In this document: one piece after another, positions 41,282 through 51,648 of the stretch
Numbering within the stretch: position 1 is the stretch's first letter
How the letters are laid out: every line of letters starts with the position of its first letter
Translations under genes and position numbers: made by a program
The notes under the pieces: generated by a model
The model's database searches: none
Told to the model about the DNA's origin: nothing
The model's input: only the letters and a program-made list of their open reading frames with translations
Assembly: GCA_020024855.1 (NCBI GenBank)
Contig: JAHHTB010000001.1
Location: 1-54,493, forward strand
Reading direction: 5' to 3'
Origin: Fusobacterium sp.
GTDB taxonomy: Bacteria; Fusobacteriota; Fusobacteriia; Fusobacteriales; Fusobacteriaceae
Length of the DNA stretch: 54,493 nucleotides

Positions 41282-42670
41282 ATGACTAGTATCAAACCAA
41301 GTTTTAAGGGACTTGTGCCTTTTATTGTTTTCATTCTTGTTTATCTAGGAGCAGGTATATTTTTCGAAATTAAAGGTGTAGAAATGGCTTTCTATCAACT
41401 TCCTTCACCTGTTGCTATAATGTGTGGTGTAATAGCTGCATTTATCCTTTTCAAAGGTACTATAACAGAAAAATTTGAGACATTTATAAGTGGTTGTGGA
41501 CATTCTGATATTATAATTATGTGTATCATTTATCTTCTTGCTGGTGCTTTTGCTGGTGTATCAAAAGCTATGGGTGGAGTTGAATCTACTGCTAACCTTG
41601 GACTTACTTTTATACCACCTCAATATATAACTGCAGGAATATTCATTATAACTAGTTTTATCTCTACTGCTACTGGAACATCAGTTGGTGCAATCGTTGC
41701 AATAGCTCCTATTGCTCTTGAACTTTCTACAAAAGCAAATGTTCCACTTGCAATAATCTTATCAGCTGTTATGAGTGGAGCTATGTTTGGTGATGATCTT
41801 TCTATGATTTCTGATACTACAATTGCTGCTACAAGAACTCAGGGTTGTCTTATGAAAGATAAATTTAAAGCTAATATAAGTATAGCTATTCCAGCTGCTT
41901 TAGCTACACTTGTTCTTTTCCTTATTTTTGGAAAACCTGAAACAATAGTAGCTGCTCAACAGTATGACTACAGCATTGTAAAAATACTTCCATATATATT
42001 CGTATTAGTTCTTTCACTAATAGGAGTGAATGTATTCATCGTTCTTACTGGTGGAATAGTTTTTTCTGGAATTATTGGAATGATGACTGATTCTTTCACA
42101 TTCATTCAATTTACAAAAGAAATTTATACTGGATTTATAAATATGAATGAAATCTTTATCCTATCACTTCTTACTGGTGGACTTGCTACTATGGTTACAA
42201 AAGCTGGTGGAGTTGAATGGATCCTTCAGAAAATACAAAAAATGATTACTGGAAAAAAATCAGCACAGTTTGGAATTGGAGTTCTTGTAGCTCTTACTGA
42301 CTTTGCAGTAGCTAATAATACTGTTGCTATCATTATAAATGGTTCTATTGCTAAAAAAATATCTGAAGAACATAATCTTGATAATAGAAGAATAGCTGGT
42401 ATTCTTGGTATTTTCTCTTGTATTGCTCAAGGAGTTATCCCTTATGGAGCTCAGATGTTAATACTTATAGGATTTACAAAAGGAGCTTTAACACCTTTTG
42501 AAGTAATTCCATTATTATGGTATCAACAAATACTTCTAGTTCTTACTTGTATTTCCGTATTTATTCCATTCTATGAAAAATTTCTTCCTAATAAAGTAGA
42601 AATTATTGAAGAAGAAAAAACAGAAGTTATATTTGAAAATACTTCTTTTATTGAAGAAGTTGCCGAGTAA
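41282..42670 (+). CDS. NhaC-family (MetT-like) transporter
   Basis: GTSVG and GAMFGDDLSMISDTTIAA motifs, many TM segments. Confidence 0.9.
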   Translation: MTSIKPSFKGLVPFIVFILVYLGAGIFFEIKGVEMAFYQLPSPVAIMCGVIAAFILFKGTITEKFETFISGCGHSDIIIMCIIYLLAGAFAGVSKAMGGVESTANLGLTFIPPQYITAGIFIITSFISTATGTSVGAIVAIAPIALELSTKANVPLAIILSAVMSGAMFGDDLSMISDTTIAATRTQGCLMKDKFKANISIAIPAALATLVLFLIFGKPETIVAAQQYDYSIVKILPYIFVLVLSLIGVNVFIVLTGGIVFSGIIGMMTDSFTFIQFTKEIYTGFINMNEIFILSLLTGGLATMVTKAGGVEWILQKIQKMITGKKSAQFGIGVLVALTDFAVANNTVAIIINGSIAKKISEEHNLDNRRIAGILGIFSCIAQGVIPYGAQMLILIGFTKGALTPFEVIPLLWYQQILLVLTCISVFIPFYEKFLPNKVEIIEEEKTEVIFENTSFIEEVAE

Positions 42671-42700
42671 ACTCTTTACTTATAAAAATATATTTAACTC

Positions 42701-42735
42701 AAAAAGGATAATTTATCATCTAGGTTATCCTTTTT
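42701..42735 (+). terminator. Terminator after the NhaC gene
   Basis: AAAAAGGATAA/TTATCCTTTTT inverted repeat. Confidence 0.7.
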
Positions 42736-42819
42736 CTATTTTTATTATATTTTAGTATAGCACCTTACCTTAGTCAATTATTATTAATTAATAACAATGT
42801 CTTATTTAAAAGAAAAATA

Positions 42820-42845
42820 AAAAGAGAGGGATACAACTCTCTTTT
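42820..42845 (-). terminator. Terminator after the MATE gene
   Basis: AAAAGAGAG/CTCTCTTTT inverted repeat. Confidence 0.7.
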
Positions 42846-42850
42846 TATAT

Positions 42851-44203
42851 CTATATTCTATTTTCTTTTTCTACAAAACGACGTTTAAGGAAGAAGTAAC
42901 ACCCTATTAAAATAATAGAAGTTAATGCCCAGCTTATAGGATAAGAAAGATAAAGAATAACTAAACTATGATACTCTCTAAATACTGTTAGAATCCAAAC
43001 TACTCTAAATATACATGCTCCTATAAGAACTACAATTGTAGGAAGTATTGAATATCCCATACCTCTTAAAATACTTGCTCCTACATCCATAATTCCACAC
43101 AATGGATAACTTACTGAAACTATTCCAAGACGAATTGCTCCATAAGATATAGCTTCTTCTGTTGTTATACAAATTTTTAATAATCTTTCTGCAAATATAT
43201 ATGTTCCTCCACCAAAAACAACTCCTGTAAAAATTGACATTATTAATGATGAACTAAATATTTTTCCTATTCTGCTATACTTTTTAGCTCCTACATTCTG
43301 ACTTGTAAAATTAAGAGTTGTTTGATAAATAGCAAGTATTGACGTATCTACAAAGCCCTCTAAAGTAACAGCAGCAGTATTTCCTGCCATTACAACAGAC
43401 CCAAACGAATTAACTGAAGACTGAATAAGAACATTTGAAATATTGAAGAAAACTCCTTGAATACCTGCTGGAAGCCCAACCTTAAGCATCTCTTTTAAAA
43501 TTTTTTTATGAATTTTTATTCTTTTTAAATCAAGATGAAGAAAGCCATCTGTTTTCAAAAGAATTTTCATTACCATAAAAGCTGATACACTTTCTGATAC
43601 AATTGTAGCAAGTGCCACTCCTGCAACACTTAAATCAAGTCCAACAACAAAAATAAGATTTAAAATTATATTTATTATTCCTGCACCAGCTAGAATATAT
43701 AAAGGACGTCTTGTATCTCCAGCTGCTCTCAATACTGATGCTCCAAAGTTATAAAGCATCATAGATGGCATTCCTAAAAAATATATTCTCATATATAAAG
43801 TTGAAAGTTTTATTACATCATCAGGTGTTCCCATTATTTTTAATATTGGTGGTGAAAGAAGAACTCCCACAAAAAGCATTATAACCCCAGCCCATAAAGC
43901 TATTGCTATTGCTGTATGAACACTTTTTCTTACTCCTGATTTATTTTTTGCTCCATAGTTTCTACCAACTATAACACTTGCTCCAAGGGAAACTCCCACA
44001 ACAAGGTTTAAAAGAAGATTTATCAGAGAACTTGTTGAACCAACTGCTGCTAAAGCATGTTCTCCTGAAAATTTACCCACAACAATTATATCAGCTGCAT
44101 TAAAAAATAGTTGTAAAATCCCAGAACATATCAAAGGTACAGTAAAAACAAGCATACGACTAAATAAGGGACCACTACACATATCCATCTCATAGCTTTT
44201 CAT
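42851..44203 (-). CDS. MATE family efflux transporter
   Basis: ADIIVVG...ALAAVG, LRAAGDTRRPL and GVALAT motifs, about 12 TM segments. Confidence 0.93.
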   Translation of the reverse strand: MKSYEMDMCSGPLFSRMLVFTVPLICSGILQLFFNAADIIVVGKFSGEHALAAVGSTSSLINLLLNLVVGVSLGASVIVGRNYGAKNKSGVRKSVHTAIAIALWAGVIMLFVGVLLSPPILKIMGTPDDVIKLSTLYMRIYFLGMPSMMLYNFGASVLRAAGDTRRPLYILAGAGIINIILNLIFVVGLDLSVAGVALATIVSESVSAFMVMKILLKTDGFLHLDLKRIKIHKKILKEMLKVGLPAGIQGVFFNISNVLIQSSVNSFGSVVMAGNTAAVTLEGFVDTSILAIYQTTLNFTSQNVGAKKYSRIGKIFSSSLIMSIFTGVVFGGGTYIFAERLLKICITTEEAISYGAIRLGIVSVSYPLCGIMDVGASILRGMGYSILPTIVVLIGACIFRVVWILTVFREYHSLVILYLSYPISWALTSIILIGCYFFLKRRFVEKENRI

Positions 44204-44317
44204 GATGATGATGACTCTCCTTTTTATTACATAAAATAAAATAACTTACAAATATATACTATACTCTATTTTCTCATTTTTATTTTCTTTGTCAATAACC
44301 ATTTTAAAAAATAAGCG

Positions 44318-44347
44318 AAAAAAAAACTCTCTGAATAACAGAGAGTT
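44318..44347 (-). terminator. Terminator after tRNA-Gln
   Basis: AACTCTCTG/CAGAGAGTT followed by a T-run. Confidence 0.85.
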
Positions 44348-44360
44348 AAAATTTATTTGT

Positions 44361-44435
44361 TGGCTGGGGCGGCTGGATTCGAACCAACGCATAACGGAGT
44401 CAAAGTCCGTTGCCTTACCGCTTGGCGACGCCCCA
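44361..44435 (-). tRNA. tRNA-Gln (anticodon TTG)
   Basis: TGGGGCG/CGCCCCA acceptor stem, ACGGA-CTTTGAC-TCCGT anticodon arm, TTCGAAT T-loop and encoded CCA. Confidence 0.97.
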
Positions 44436-44446
44436 ATAACAAAAGG

Positions 44447-44475
44447 ATTTTATCATAATTTTTTTTTTTTGTCAA
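44447..44475 (-). promoter_or_regulatory. tRNA promoter
   Basis: TTGACA-17 bp-TAAAAT with an extended TG. Confidence 0.8.
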
Positions 44476-44550
44476 CAATAAAAAAATATATTTTAATTAA
44501 TATTTTATATTATTTTAGAACTGTTACTTTAATAACTACTTCTTAATAAA

Positions 44551-44593
44551 AAAGAACTGTGTAAATCAATTAATAAATCTACAACAGTTCTTT
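44551..44593 (-). terminator. Inverted repeat, probable terminator after spoVG
   Basis: AAAGAACTGT/ACAGTTCTTT followed by a T-run on the - strand. Confidence 0.6.
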
Positions 44594-44600
44594 AAATTTT

Positions 44601-44903
44601 TTATTCTTCTACTACTTCCGTTTCAGGAAGAGCCCCCTCTTTTTCTATAACTTCACTATATTTTGCTATAACTGTGTCTGTTATTTCTTTTCTTAATTCA
44701 GGAGTGATTGGGTGTGCAATGTCTTTATACTCTCCATCAGGCATTTTTCTTGATGGCATAGCCACAAACATTCCTTTTTGTCCATCAATAATTTTTAATC
44801 CATGAACAACAAAGCTACTATTAAAAGTAACATCAGCATATGCTTTTAGTTTAACCTCATTTTCGCTTTTTACTGCTCTCAATCTTATGTCTGTAATTTT
44901 CAT
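44601..44903 (-). CDS. spoVG: SpoVG family nucleic-acid-binding protein
   Basis: ITDIRLR, FVAMPSRK and DIAHPI motifs. Confidence 0.95.
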   Translation of the reverse strand: MKITDIRLRAVKSENEVKLKAYADVTFNSSFVVHGLKIIDGQKGMFVAMPSRKMPDGEYKDIAHPITPELRKEITDTVIAKYSEVIEKEGALPETEVVEE

Positions 44904-44944
44904 GTCTCAATGCACCGTCCTTTAATTTAGTAATTGATTGTTCC

Positions 44945-45805
44945 TTATAAAAAACTGCAGCTGTAAATCTGACAGTTACTTACCTTGGTTTTTAAAAGGT
45001 TAGCGTATTCTTGTCCCTTTCCTTTCATACAGAAAGTGTAGTAACAACTTCCACTACCTGACATAAAAAATCTAGTACTACATTCTTTTTCCAATATTCT
45101 TCTGAAACACTTTATATTTTCATTTGAAGTAAGAAGTCCCTGTTCTAAAATATTTTCAGAATTTTCTTCTACTTTCTTCAAATTATTTTCTTTTAATCCC
45201 TCTTTTACCATATCAATATTAGCATCTTTTTTATTTTGAAGAGTGCTATATAGAGTGTAAGCCTCTTTAGTTGATACACCAAAAAATGGTTTTACTAAAA
45301 CTACATCGCAATTAAGATTATTTTCTATTTTTTCAAGCTTTTCCCCTATCCCCTTAACTCTACAAGGATAGTTTTTTATAAAAAACGGAATATCAGCACC
45401 AACATTTTTTCCTATCTCTATAAGTTTTTCATCATCTAAGATATTATCATTATATTTATTAAGCTCCTTAAGAAAAAATGCACCATTAGAACTTCCACCA
45501 CCAAGCCCTGCCTCATGTGGTATTATTTTATTTAAATACACTTCTATCTCATCAGGTTCTTTTTTTATAAATTTATAAAAAACATCATAAACTTTCCAAA
45601 GAATATTTCTTTCATCTGTTGGTATATCTTTTATATTAGATGAAATAATTAATCTTCCTTTTTTTCCTGTAAAATTAATATCAAGTTCATCAGCTAAAGA
45701 TATAGGAACCATTATCATATCAAGACTATGATAACCATTTTCTAATTTTTCAACTATATTAAGCCCTATATTTATTTTTGCATTACTTTTTACAGACACT
45801 CTCAT
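44945..45805 (-). CDS. ispE: 4-diphosphocytidyl-2C-methyl-D-erythritol kinase
   Basis: AKINIGL, AGLGGGSSN, GADIPFF and MSGSG motifs. Confidence 0.95.
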   Translation of the reverse strand: MRVSVKSNAKINIGLNIVEKLENGYHSLDMIMVPISLADELDINFTGKKGRLIISSNIKDIPTDERNILWKVYDVFYKFIKKEPDEIEVYLNKIIPHEAGLGGGSSNGAFFLKELNKYNDNILDDEKLIEIGKNVGADIPFFIKNYPCRVKGIGEKLEKIENNLNCDVVLVKPFFGVSTKEAYTLYSTLQNKKDANIDMVKEGLKENNLKKVEENSENILEQGLLTSNENIKCFRRILEKECSTRFFMSGSGSCYYTFCMKGKGQEYANLLKTKVSNCQIYSCSFL

Positions 45806-45806
45806 T

Positions 45807-46100
45807 TTAGTCTAAAATCTCCTTGTCTGAACTTAAGTCTACTACTATTCCACGGCTATCTAAAACTTTTACTAAGTCATTACTCTTTTCCTTTGGAACA
45901 TTTCCCTCAGGCACTTCTAAAATCTCAAACTTAAAATATTTATCATAATATTCTAACTCTAATATATCACCTATTTTTAAAGCTGTACTAGATTTAGCAA
46001 CTTTTCCATTTATTTTTGCTTTCCCACCATCTACAACTATTTTTGCAACAGGTCTTCTTTTTATAATTCTACTCACTTTTAAAAATTTATCTAATCTCAT
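45807..46100 (-). CDS. S4-domain RNA-binding protein (YabO/RqcP-Hsp15 family)
   Basis: MRLDKFLKVSRIIKRR and position after mazG. Confidence 0.88.
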   Translation of the reverse strand: MRLDKFLKVSRIIKRRPVAKIVVDGGKAKINGKVAKSSTALKIGDILELEYYDKYFKFEILEVPEGNVPKEKSNDLVKVLDSRGIVVDLSSDKEILD

Positions 46101-46160
46101 ATAAGTTATTCTCCTTTATATTATATATACCTCATTTTTTGTATAAGTCAATAACCTTTT

Positions 46161-46949
46161 TTAATTTTTATTAACTTTATTTTTTTGAGTTATTTTTTCT
46201 ATTTTTTTGGCTTCATTCCAAAGATTGTCCATCTCATCAAGAGTTGAATTTTTCATATCACATCTTTCTTCCACATATCTAAATCTTCTTTCAAATTTTT
46301 CATTACATTTTCTTAAAGCCTCAGATGTATCTATATTCATATGACGAGCATAGTTTGTTATAGCAAAAAGTAAATCTCCTATCTCCTCTTCAAGATGGTT
46401 TTTATCATTTTCCTTTACTGCTTCTCTAACTTCCTCCATCTCCTCTTCCACTTTTTTAAATACATCATTTGGATTATCCCAATCAAAGCCACATGAAGAT
46501 GCTTTTTTCTGTATTTTTTCAGCTTTTAAAAGAGGTGGTAATATTTTAGGAATACCATCTAACACAGATTTTCTATCCTTATGTAATTTTTCCTCTCTTT
46601 TTATTTTTTCCCAATTTTCAGCCACTTCTTCACTTGTCTTAGCTACAACATCAGAAAAAATATGAGGGTGACGTCTTATAAGTTTTTCACATATTCCACG
46701 AGCCACATCTTCAATATCAAACTCTCCCTTTTCTTTACAAATCTTTGCTTGGAAAACCACATGAAGAAGAACATCTCCCAACTCTCCTTTCAATTCCTCT
46801 CCACCTATATCCATAGCCTCTATTGTTTCATATACCTCTTCTAAAAAAGATGATTTTAAAGTTTCAAGAGTTTGTTTTTTATCCCATGGACAACCATTTT
46901 CTCCACGAAGAATATCCATTATTTCAACAAGTCTATAAAATTCCTTCAA
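46161..46949 (-). CDS. mazG: Nucleoside triphosphate pyrophosphohydrolase MazG
   Basis: CPWDKKQT, EEVYE, ELGDVL and RRHPHIF motifs. Start moved to TTG at 46949 after AGGAGG. Confidence 0.95.
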   Translation of the reverse strand: MKEFYRLVEIMDILRGENGCPWDKKQTLETLKSSFLEEVYETIEAMDIGGEELKGELGDVLLHVVFQAKICKEKGEFDIEDVARGICEKLIRRHPHIFSDVVAKTSEEVAENWEKIKREEKLHKDRKSVLDGIPKILPPLLKAEKIQKKASSCGFDWDNPNDVFKKVEEEMEEVREAVKENDKNHLEEEIGDLLFAITNYARHMNIDTSEALRKCNEKFERRFRYVEERCDMKNSTLDEMDNLWNEAKKIEKITQKNKVNKN

Positions 46950-49929
46950 TTTCTTCCTCCTTATATTCATCAAAAAATTCCATAATATCTTTAGAATATT
47001 CTATTCCATCTTTTCCTTTTAGCTTACATTTTCCTGTTGTTATCATGCTTATTATTTTTTCAGGAATTATTTTTTCTTTATCAAATTTTATAAAGTAATT
47101 ATTTCTTTCATCTCTCTTTATTTCTGATACACCATATTTATAAGAAAGAGCTTTTACTTCTAAAAATTTAAAAAGATTTACTACTTCTTGAGGAGCTTTT
47201 CCAAATCTATCCTCTATTTCTATAAATAGATTTTTTATATCTTCTAACTCTACCATCTCAACTGCTCTTTTATAGATTGTAATTTTTTCAAATTCTTCAA
47301 TATATTCTTTAGGTATATATGCCACTTCCCCTAAATCAATATTAACACTACACTTTGGTTTATATTCTCCTTTTATTCTCTCCACTTCCTCTTGAAGTAG
47401 TTTCATATAAAGATTATATCCAAAAGTTTCAAGAGCTCCATGTTGTTTTTCTCCTAAAATTTCTCCTGCTCCTCTTATATTCATATCCTCTAATGAAAGA
47501 TTAAATCCTCCACCTAAACCTTCTAATTTTTCAATACTCTCTTTTCTAAGAGTAGTTTTCTTATTATATTTTCTATCACTATCAGTAACAAGATAACAAT
47601 ATGCTTTTCTCTTTCCTCTTCCTACACGTCCTCTAAGTTGATAAATTTGAGAAAGTCCTAGTTTTTCTATTCCCTCTATTATAATTGTATTTGCATTTTC
47701 TATATCAATTCCATTTTCTACAATTGTTGTTGTAACTAAAACATCAATCTCCCCATTTTCAAATTGATGTAAAACTTCTTTTATCTGTTTTGCAGGCATT
47801 CTTCCATGAGCATATCCTATTTTTATATATGGTGGGAGTATTTTAGAAAGCTCTTTTACCTTATATTCCATTCCATAAACAGAGTTATAGATATAAAAAA
47901 CTTGTCCCTCTCTACCAATCTCTTTCATTATTACATCTCTTATTGTATCTTTATTATTGTCAATAAGTATATTTTCTATTGGAAGTCTGTTAGGTGGTGC
48001 TGTTTTTATAACTGATATATCTCTTATTCCTAAAAGAGCTAAGTTTAATGTTCTTGGAATTGGAGTTGCTGTTAAAGTCAAAAGGTCCACATTCTCTTTC
48101 ATACTTTTTAATTTTTCTTTTGCTTTTACACCAAATTTTTGCTCTTCATCTACTATAATAAGCCCTAGATTTAAAAAACTAATATCATTTGATAAAAGTC
48201 TGTGAGTCCCTATTACAATATCAACTCCCCCACCTGACAATTTTTTTATGATTTCGTTTTGTTCTTTTCCTGTGTTCATTCTACTTAAAAGAGCTATATT
48301 TATTCCATAGTTTTTAAATCTTTCTTCAAATCTTTCATAATGTTGATCTGCTAAAACTGTTGTTGGTGTTAGTATAAGAACTTGTTTTCCGTCCATAACA
48401 GCTTTAAAAGTTGCTCTCATTGCAACCTCCGTTTTACCAAATCCAACATCTCCACAAATAATTCTATCCATAACCCTATCAGATTCCATATCCTTTTTCA
48501 CCATTCTTATAGCTTCTAACTGGTCCTTTGTTTCTGTATAAGGAAATCCTTCCTCAAATTCCTCCTGCCACACAGTATCTTTTGAGAAAGAAAAACCTAA
48601 AGCAGATTTACGTCTTGCTTGAATTGAGATAAGTTCTTTTGCAAACTCTCTCATCTCATTTTCAAGTTTTTCTCTTTTCTTTTTAAATCCACGACGTCCA
48701 AGATTATATAATTCAGGAACATTTCCTGGGTCACATATATATTTTTCTATTCTATTAAGGTTTTCTGTTGGAACATAAAGTTTATCCTCTCCAGCATATT
48801 GAATTTTAAGATAATCACTACCATCTATTATCTCTATTCCTAAATATTTTCCAACACCAAAGTTTTCGTGAATTATGAAATCTCCTTCTCTTATTTGAGA
48901 AACATTTTCATATCTCACTCCACCTTTAATTCTTACCTCTTTTTTTACTCTTATTCCTTTTATCTCTCTATCTGTAAGAACTAAAGTTTCGCCAGCATAA
49001 AATCCCTCATAATGAGGATATTTTTTTATCTCTATATTTTTGCAATCTTGAAAAATCTCATCATATCTTTTTTTCTCTTCTGAAAGAATAAGTATTTTCT
49101 TATTCTTACTCTCTTTTTTTATAACCTCAAGGTCTTCATATTTTTTTATTTTATCAAAATCAAGTCTTTTAGTTTCAAGAGGCTCAAAAGATGATAATAT
49201 TTCTAAAAAAATCTCTCTATATTCATCTTCTTCCTCTCTATTTTTTAAAATTTGCTCTTCTAATTTATATTTTAAAATTTCTGTATTTTCTATATAGCAT
49301 TTATTTATTGATTTTCCAAACTCTTTTAAAATTTCAATAAATGATACTCTTTCATTTTTATTTTTGTCTATATACATATAAATAGAGTTTTTTTCCTCTA
49401 TACTTTTTTGTGTATATAAATCAAATTCTGTTATCCTCTCTATCTCTGTATCAAAAAATTCTATTCTATAAGGAAGTTCACTACTCAATGGAAAAATATC
49501 TAAAATATCCCCTCTTAAAGAATATTCCATTCTATCTTCCACAAGATAATTTTTTCTATATCCACTTTCAACTAATTTTTCCTCAAGCTCTTTCCTACTT
49601 ATATCCTTTCCTTTTTCAAAAGAAAGTTGCTCTCCTTCTTTCACGTATTTTTTTATAACTCCTTGAAGAGATATAAGGATTATAAATTTTTTCTTATTTT
49701 TTAGACAATCAATAAGAGCATAATTCTTTTTATATTCATCATTCTCATCTTCAAAGTCATCTATTTTTATAATTTCTCCATCATAAAAATCTTTTAAAGT
49801 ATAATAATAATCTTCTATATTTTTATTTGAAGATGATAGCAAAATAACTCCTTTTTTTTCATCAGAGAGAAAAAAAGGTAAAGATCCTCTATATAAATTC
49901 TCTGATGAAAAGGTATTCTGTTTAAACAT
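46933..49929 (-). CDS. mfd: Transcription-repair coupling factor
   Basis: CarD/RID domain, GDVGFGKT, DEEQ, QLRGRVGR and TRG motifs. Start moved to ATG at 49929. Confidence 0.96.
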   Translation of the reverse strand: MFKQNTFSSENLYRGSLPFFLSDEKKGVILLSSSNKNIEDYYYTLKDFYDGEIIKIDDFEDENDEYKKNYALIDCLKNKKKFIILISLQGVIKKYVKEGEQLSFEKGKDISRKELEEKLVESGYRKNYLVEDRMEYSLRGDILDIFPLSSELPYRIEFFDTEIERITEFDLYTQKSIEEKNSIYMYIDKNKNERVSFIEILKEFGKSINKCYIENTEILKYKLEEQILKNREEEDEYREIFLEILSSFEPLETKRLDFDKIKKYEDLEVIKKESKNKKILILSEEKKRYDEIFQDCKNIEIKKYPHYEGFYAGETLVLTDREIKGIRVKKEVRIKGGVRYENVSQIREGDFIIHENFGVGKYLGIEIIDGSDYLKIQYAGEDKLYVPTENLNRIEKYICDPGNVPELYNLGRRGFKKKREKLENEMREFAKELISIQARRKSALGFSFSKDTVWQEEFEEGFPYTETKDQLEAIRMVKKDMESDRVMDRIICGDVGFGKTEVAMRATFKAVMDGKQVLILTPTTVLADQHYERFEERFKNYGINIALLSRMNTGKEQNEIIKKLSGGGVDIVIGTHRLLSNDISFLNLGLIIVDEEQKFGVKAKEKLKSMKENVDLLTLTATPIPRTLNLALLGIRDISVIKTAPPNRLPIENILIDNNKDTIRDVIMKEIGREGQVFYIYNSVYGMEYKVKELSKILPPYIKIGYAHGRMPAKQIKEVLHQFENGEIDVLVTTTIVENGIDIENANTIIIEGIEKLGLSQIYQLRGRVGRGKRKAYCYLVTDSDRKYNKKTTLRKESIEKLEGLGGGFNLSLEDMNIRGAGEILGEKQHGALETFGYNLYMKLLQEEVERIKGEYKPKCSVNIDLGEVAYIPKEYIEEFEKITIYKRAVEMVELEDIKNLFIEIEDRFGKAPQEVVNLFKFLEVKALSYKYGVSEIKRDERNNYFIKFDKEKIIPEKIISMITTGKCKLKGKDGIEYSKDIMEFFDEYKEEEIEGIL

Positions 49930-50002
49930 AATCCCTCCTAAATAATTTATGTATATAATCAATAATAATTAAAAATCATATTTTTTACAATAATATAAAT
50001 TT

Positions 50003-50031
50003 ATTATATTCTTATAAATAAATCTATGCAA
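50003..50031 (-). promoter_or_regulatory. Promoter of mfd
   Basis: TTGCAT-17 bp-TATAAT. Confidence 0.65.
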
Positions 50032-50207
50032 ATAAATCTTTTGAATATCTAAAAATTTAAAAAAAATAGTTTTGCTATTAGAAATAAAATATTATAGTTT
50101 TATTCTTGTTTATAAGCATTAAAATATATTTATTTTTATTCCTCTTTTTATATTCTTTTTCTTATTGTATAATAAGTTATTCACTAATAACATAAGGAGA
50201 AATATAA

Positions 50208-50762
50208 ATGAGTATAGAGAAATCTTTTCAAGAAATTTTAAAAAATCTTGATGAAGAACAAAAATATATAGATAAAGAAGTGTTTAATAACACACCTAAA
50301 AGAATAGAAGAATTTTATAAAGAAATTTTTTCAGGAATGAGCATAAATCCTTATAACTTTTTAAAGAATACTTTTAATGTTCCAAATAATGATTTAATAC
50401 TTGAAAGAAATATAAATTTCTACTCTATGTGTGAACATCATTTTCTTCCATTCTTTGGAAAAATCTCTGTTGCCTATATTCCAAATGGAAAAATTGTAGG
50501 TTTTGGGGATATTGTAAAAGTTATTGAAGCCTATGCAAAAAGACCACAACTTCAAGAGAGAATGACAGAACAAATAGCACAAACTATCTATGAGGGACTT
50601 AATTGTAAAGGAGTTTATGTTATTATTGAGGCTGAACATACTTGTATGACAATGAGAGGAGTTAAAAAACCTGAAACAAAAATTGTAACTACTGGAGTTA
50701 AAGGAATTTTTTCTGAAGATACTCTTAAAAGAATAGAAGTTCTTACTCTAATTAAAAAATAA
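50208..50762 (+). CDS. folE: GTP cyclohydrolase I
   Basis: TPKR, SMCEHH, QLQER and HTCMTMRG motifs. Confidence 0.96.
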   Translation: MSIEKSFQEILKNLDEEQKYIDKEVFNNTPKRIEEFYKEIFSGMSINPYNFLKNTFNVPNNDLILERNINFYSMCEHHFLPFFGKISVAYIPNGKIVGFGDIVKVIEAYAKRPQLQERMTEQIAQTIYEGLNCKGVYVIIEAEHTCMTMRGVKKPETKIVTTGVKGIFSEDTLKRIEVLTLIKK

Positions 50763-50776
50763 TTAAGGAGATATAA

Positions 50777-51604
50777 ATGGATAAAATTATTATTGAAAAT
50801 CTTGAAATTATTGCAGAACATGGTGTTTTTAAAGAGGAAAAATTTCTTGGACAAAAATTTATAATCTCAATAGAAATGTTAACTGATACTAGAGAAGCTG
50901 GAAAAACTGAAAATCTTGAGGCTTCCACTCACTATGGTTTTGTTGCTGATGATATTGAAAAACTTTTTACAAGTAAGTCTTTTGATTTAATTGAAACTTG
51001 TGCAGAAAAAATTGCTGAGATGATACTTACAAAATATCATCTTATTTCTGAAGTGAAAGTTACAGTAAAAAAGCCTTGGGCACCTATAAGAAAACATTTT
51101 GATTTTGTAGCTGTTGAAATTACTAGAAAATGGCATATAGCTTATCTTTCTCTTGGAAGTAATATAGGAGATAAGAAAAAAAATCTACTTGAAGCCATAG
51201 AAAAAATTGATAATCTTGAAAATACAAAAGTAACCTCTAAAAGTGCTATTCTTGAAACAGAACCTTTTGGATACACTGAACAAGATTGGTTTTTAAATGC
51301 TTGTATTGAGATTAAAACTCTTTTCACTCCTCAAGAACTTCTTGAAAAACTTCTTTCAATAGAACTTGAAATGGGTAGAAAAAGAATAATAAAATGGGGA
51401 CCTAGAATAATAGACCTTGATATTTTATTCTTTGACGATAAAATTATACAAGATAAAAATCTTTGTGTTCCACATCCATGGATTTGTGAGAGAATGTTTG
51501 TTCTTGAGCCTCTTTGTGAGATAGCTCCAAATTTAGTTCACCCTCTTGAAAGAAAACCTATCGCTACTTTAAAAAGAATACTTGAAAAAGAACTTGGAAA
51601 ATAA
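50777..51604 (+). CDS. folK: Bifunctional dihydroneopterin aldolase / HPPK (FolB-FolK fusion)
   Basis: FolB domain (HGVFKEE...LIET...KKP) fused to FolK domain (LGSNIG, WGPRIIDLDIL, PHP). Confidence 0.93.
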   Translation: MDKIIIENLEIIAEHGVFKEEKFLGQKFIISIEMLTDTREAGKTENLEASTHYGFVADDIEKLFTSKSFDLIETCAEKIAEMILTKYHLISEVKVTVKKPWAPIRKHFDFVAVEITRKWHIAYLSLGSNIGDKKKNLLEAIEKIDNLENTKVTSKSAILETEPFGYTEQDWFLNACIEIKTLFTPQELLEKLLSIELEMGRKRIIKWGPRIIDLDILFFDDKIIQDKNLCVPHPWICERMFVLEPLCEIAPNLVHPLERKPIATLKRILEKELGK

Positions 51605-51648
51605 TTTTATATGTATATAAGCAATAATATTTTTGAAAGGAGAAAAAA

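Noticed and set aside
42851..44435. Island integrated at tRNA-Gln
   Set aside because: No integrase and no duplicated tRNA 3' end were seen.
44289..44546. 85-aa ORF on the + strand
   Set aside because: Antisense to tRNA-Gln, its promoter and its terminator.
49930..50207. THF riboswitch ahead of folE
   Set aside because: Nearly pure AT sequence with no recognisable stems.
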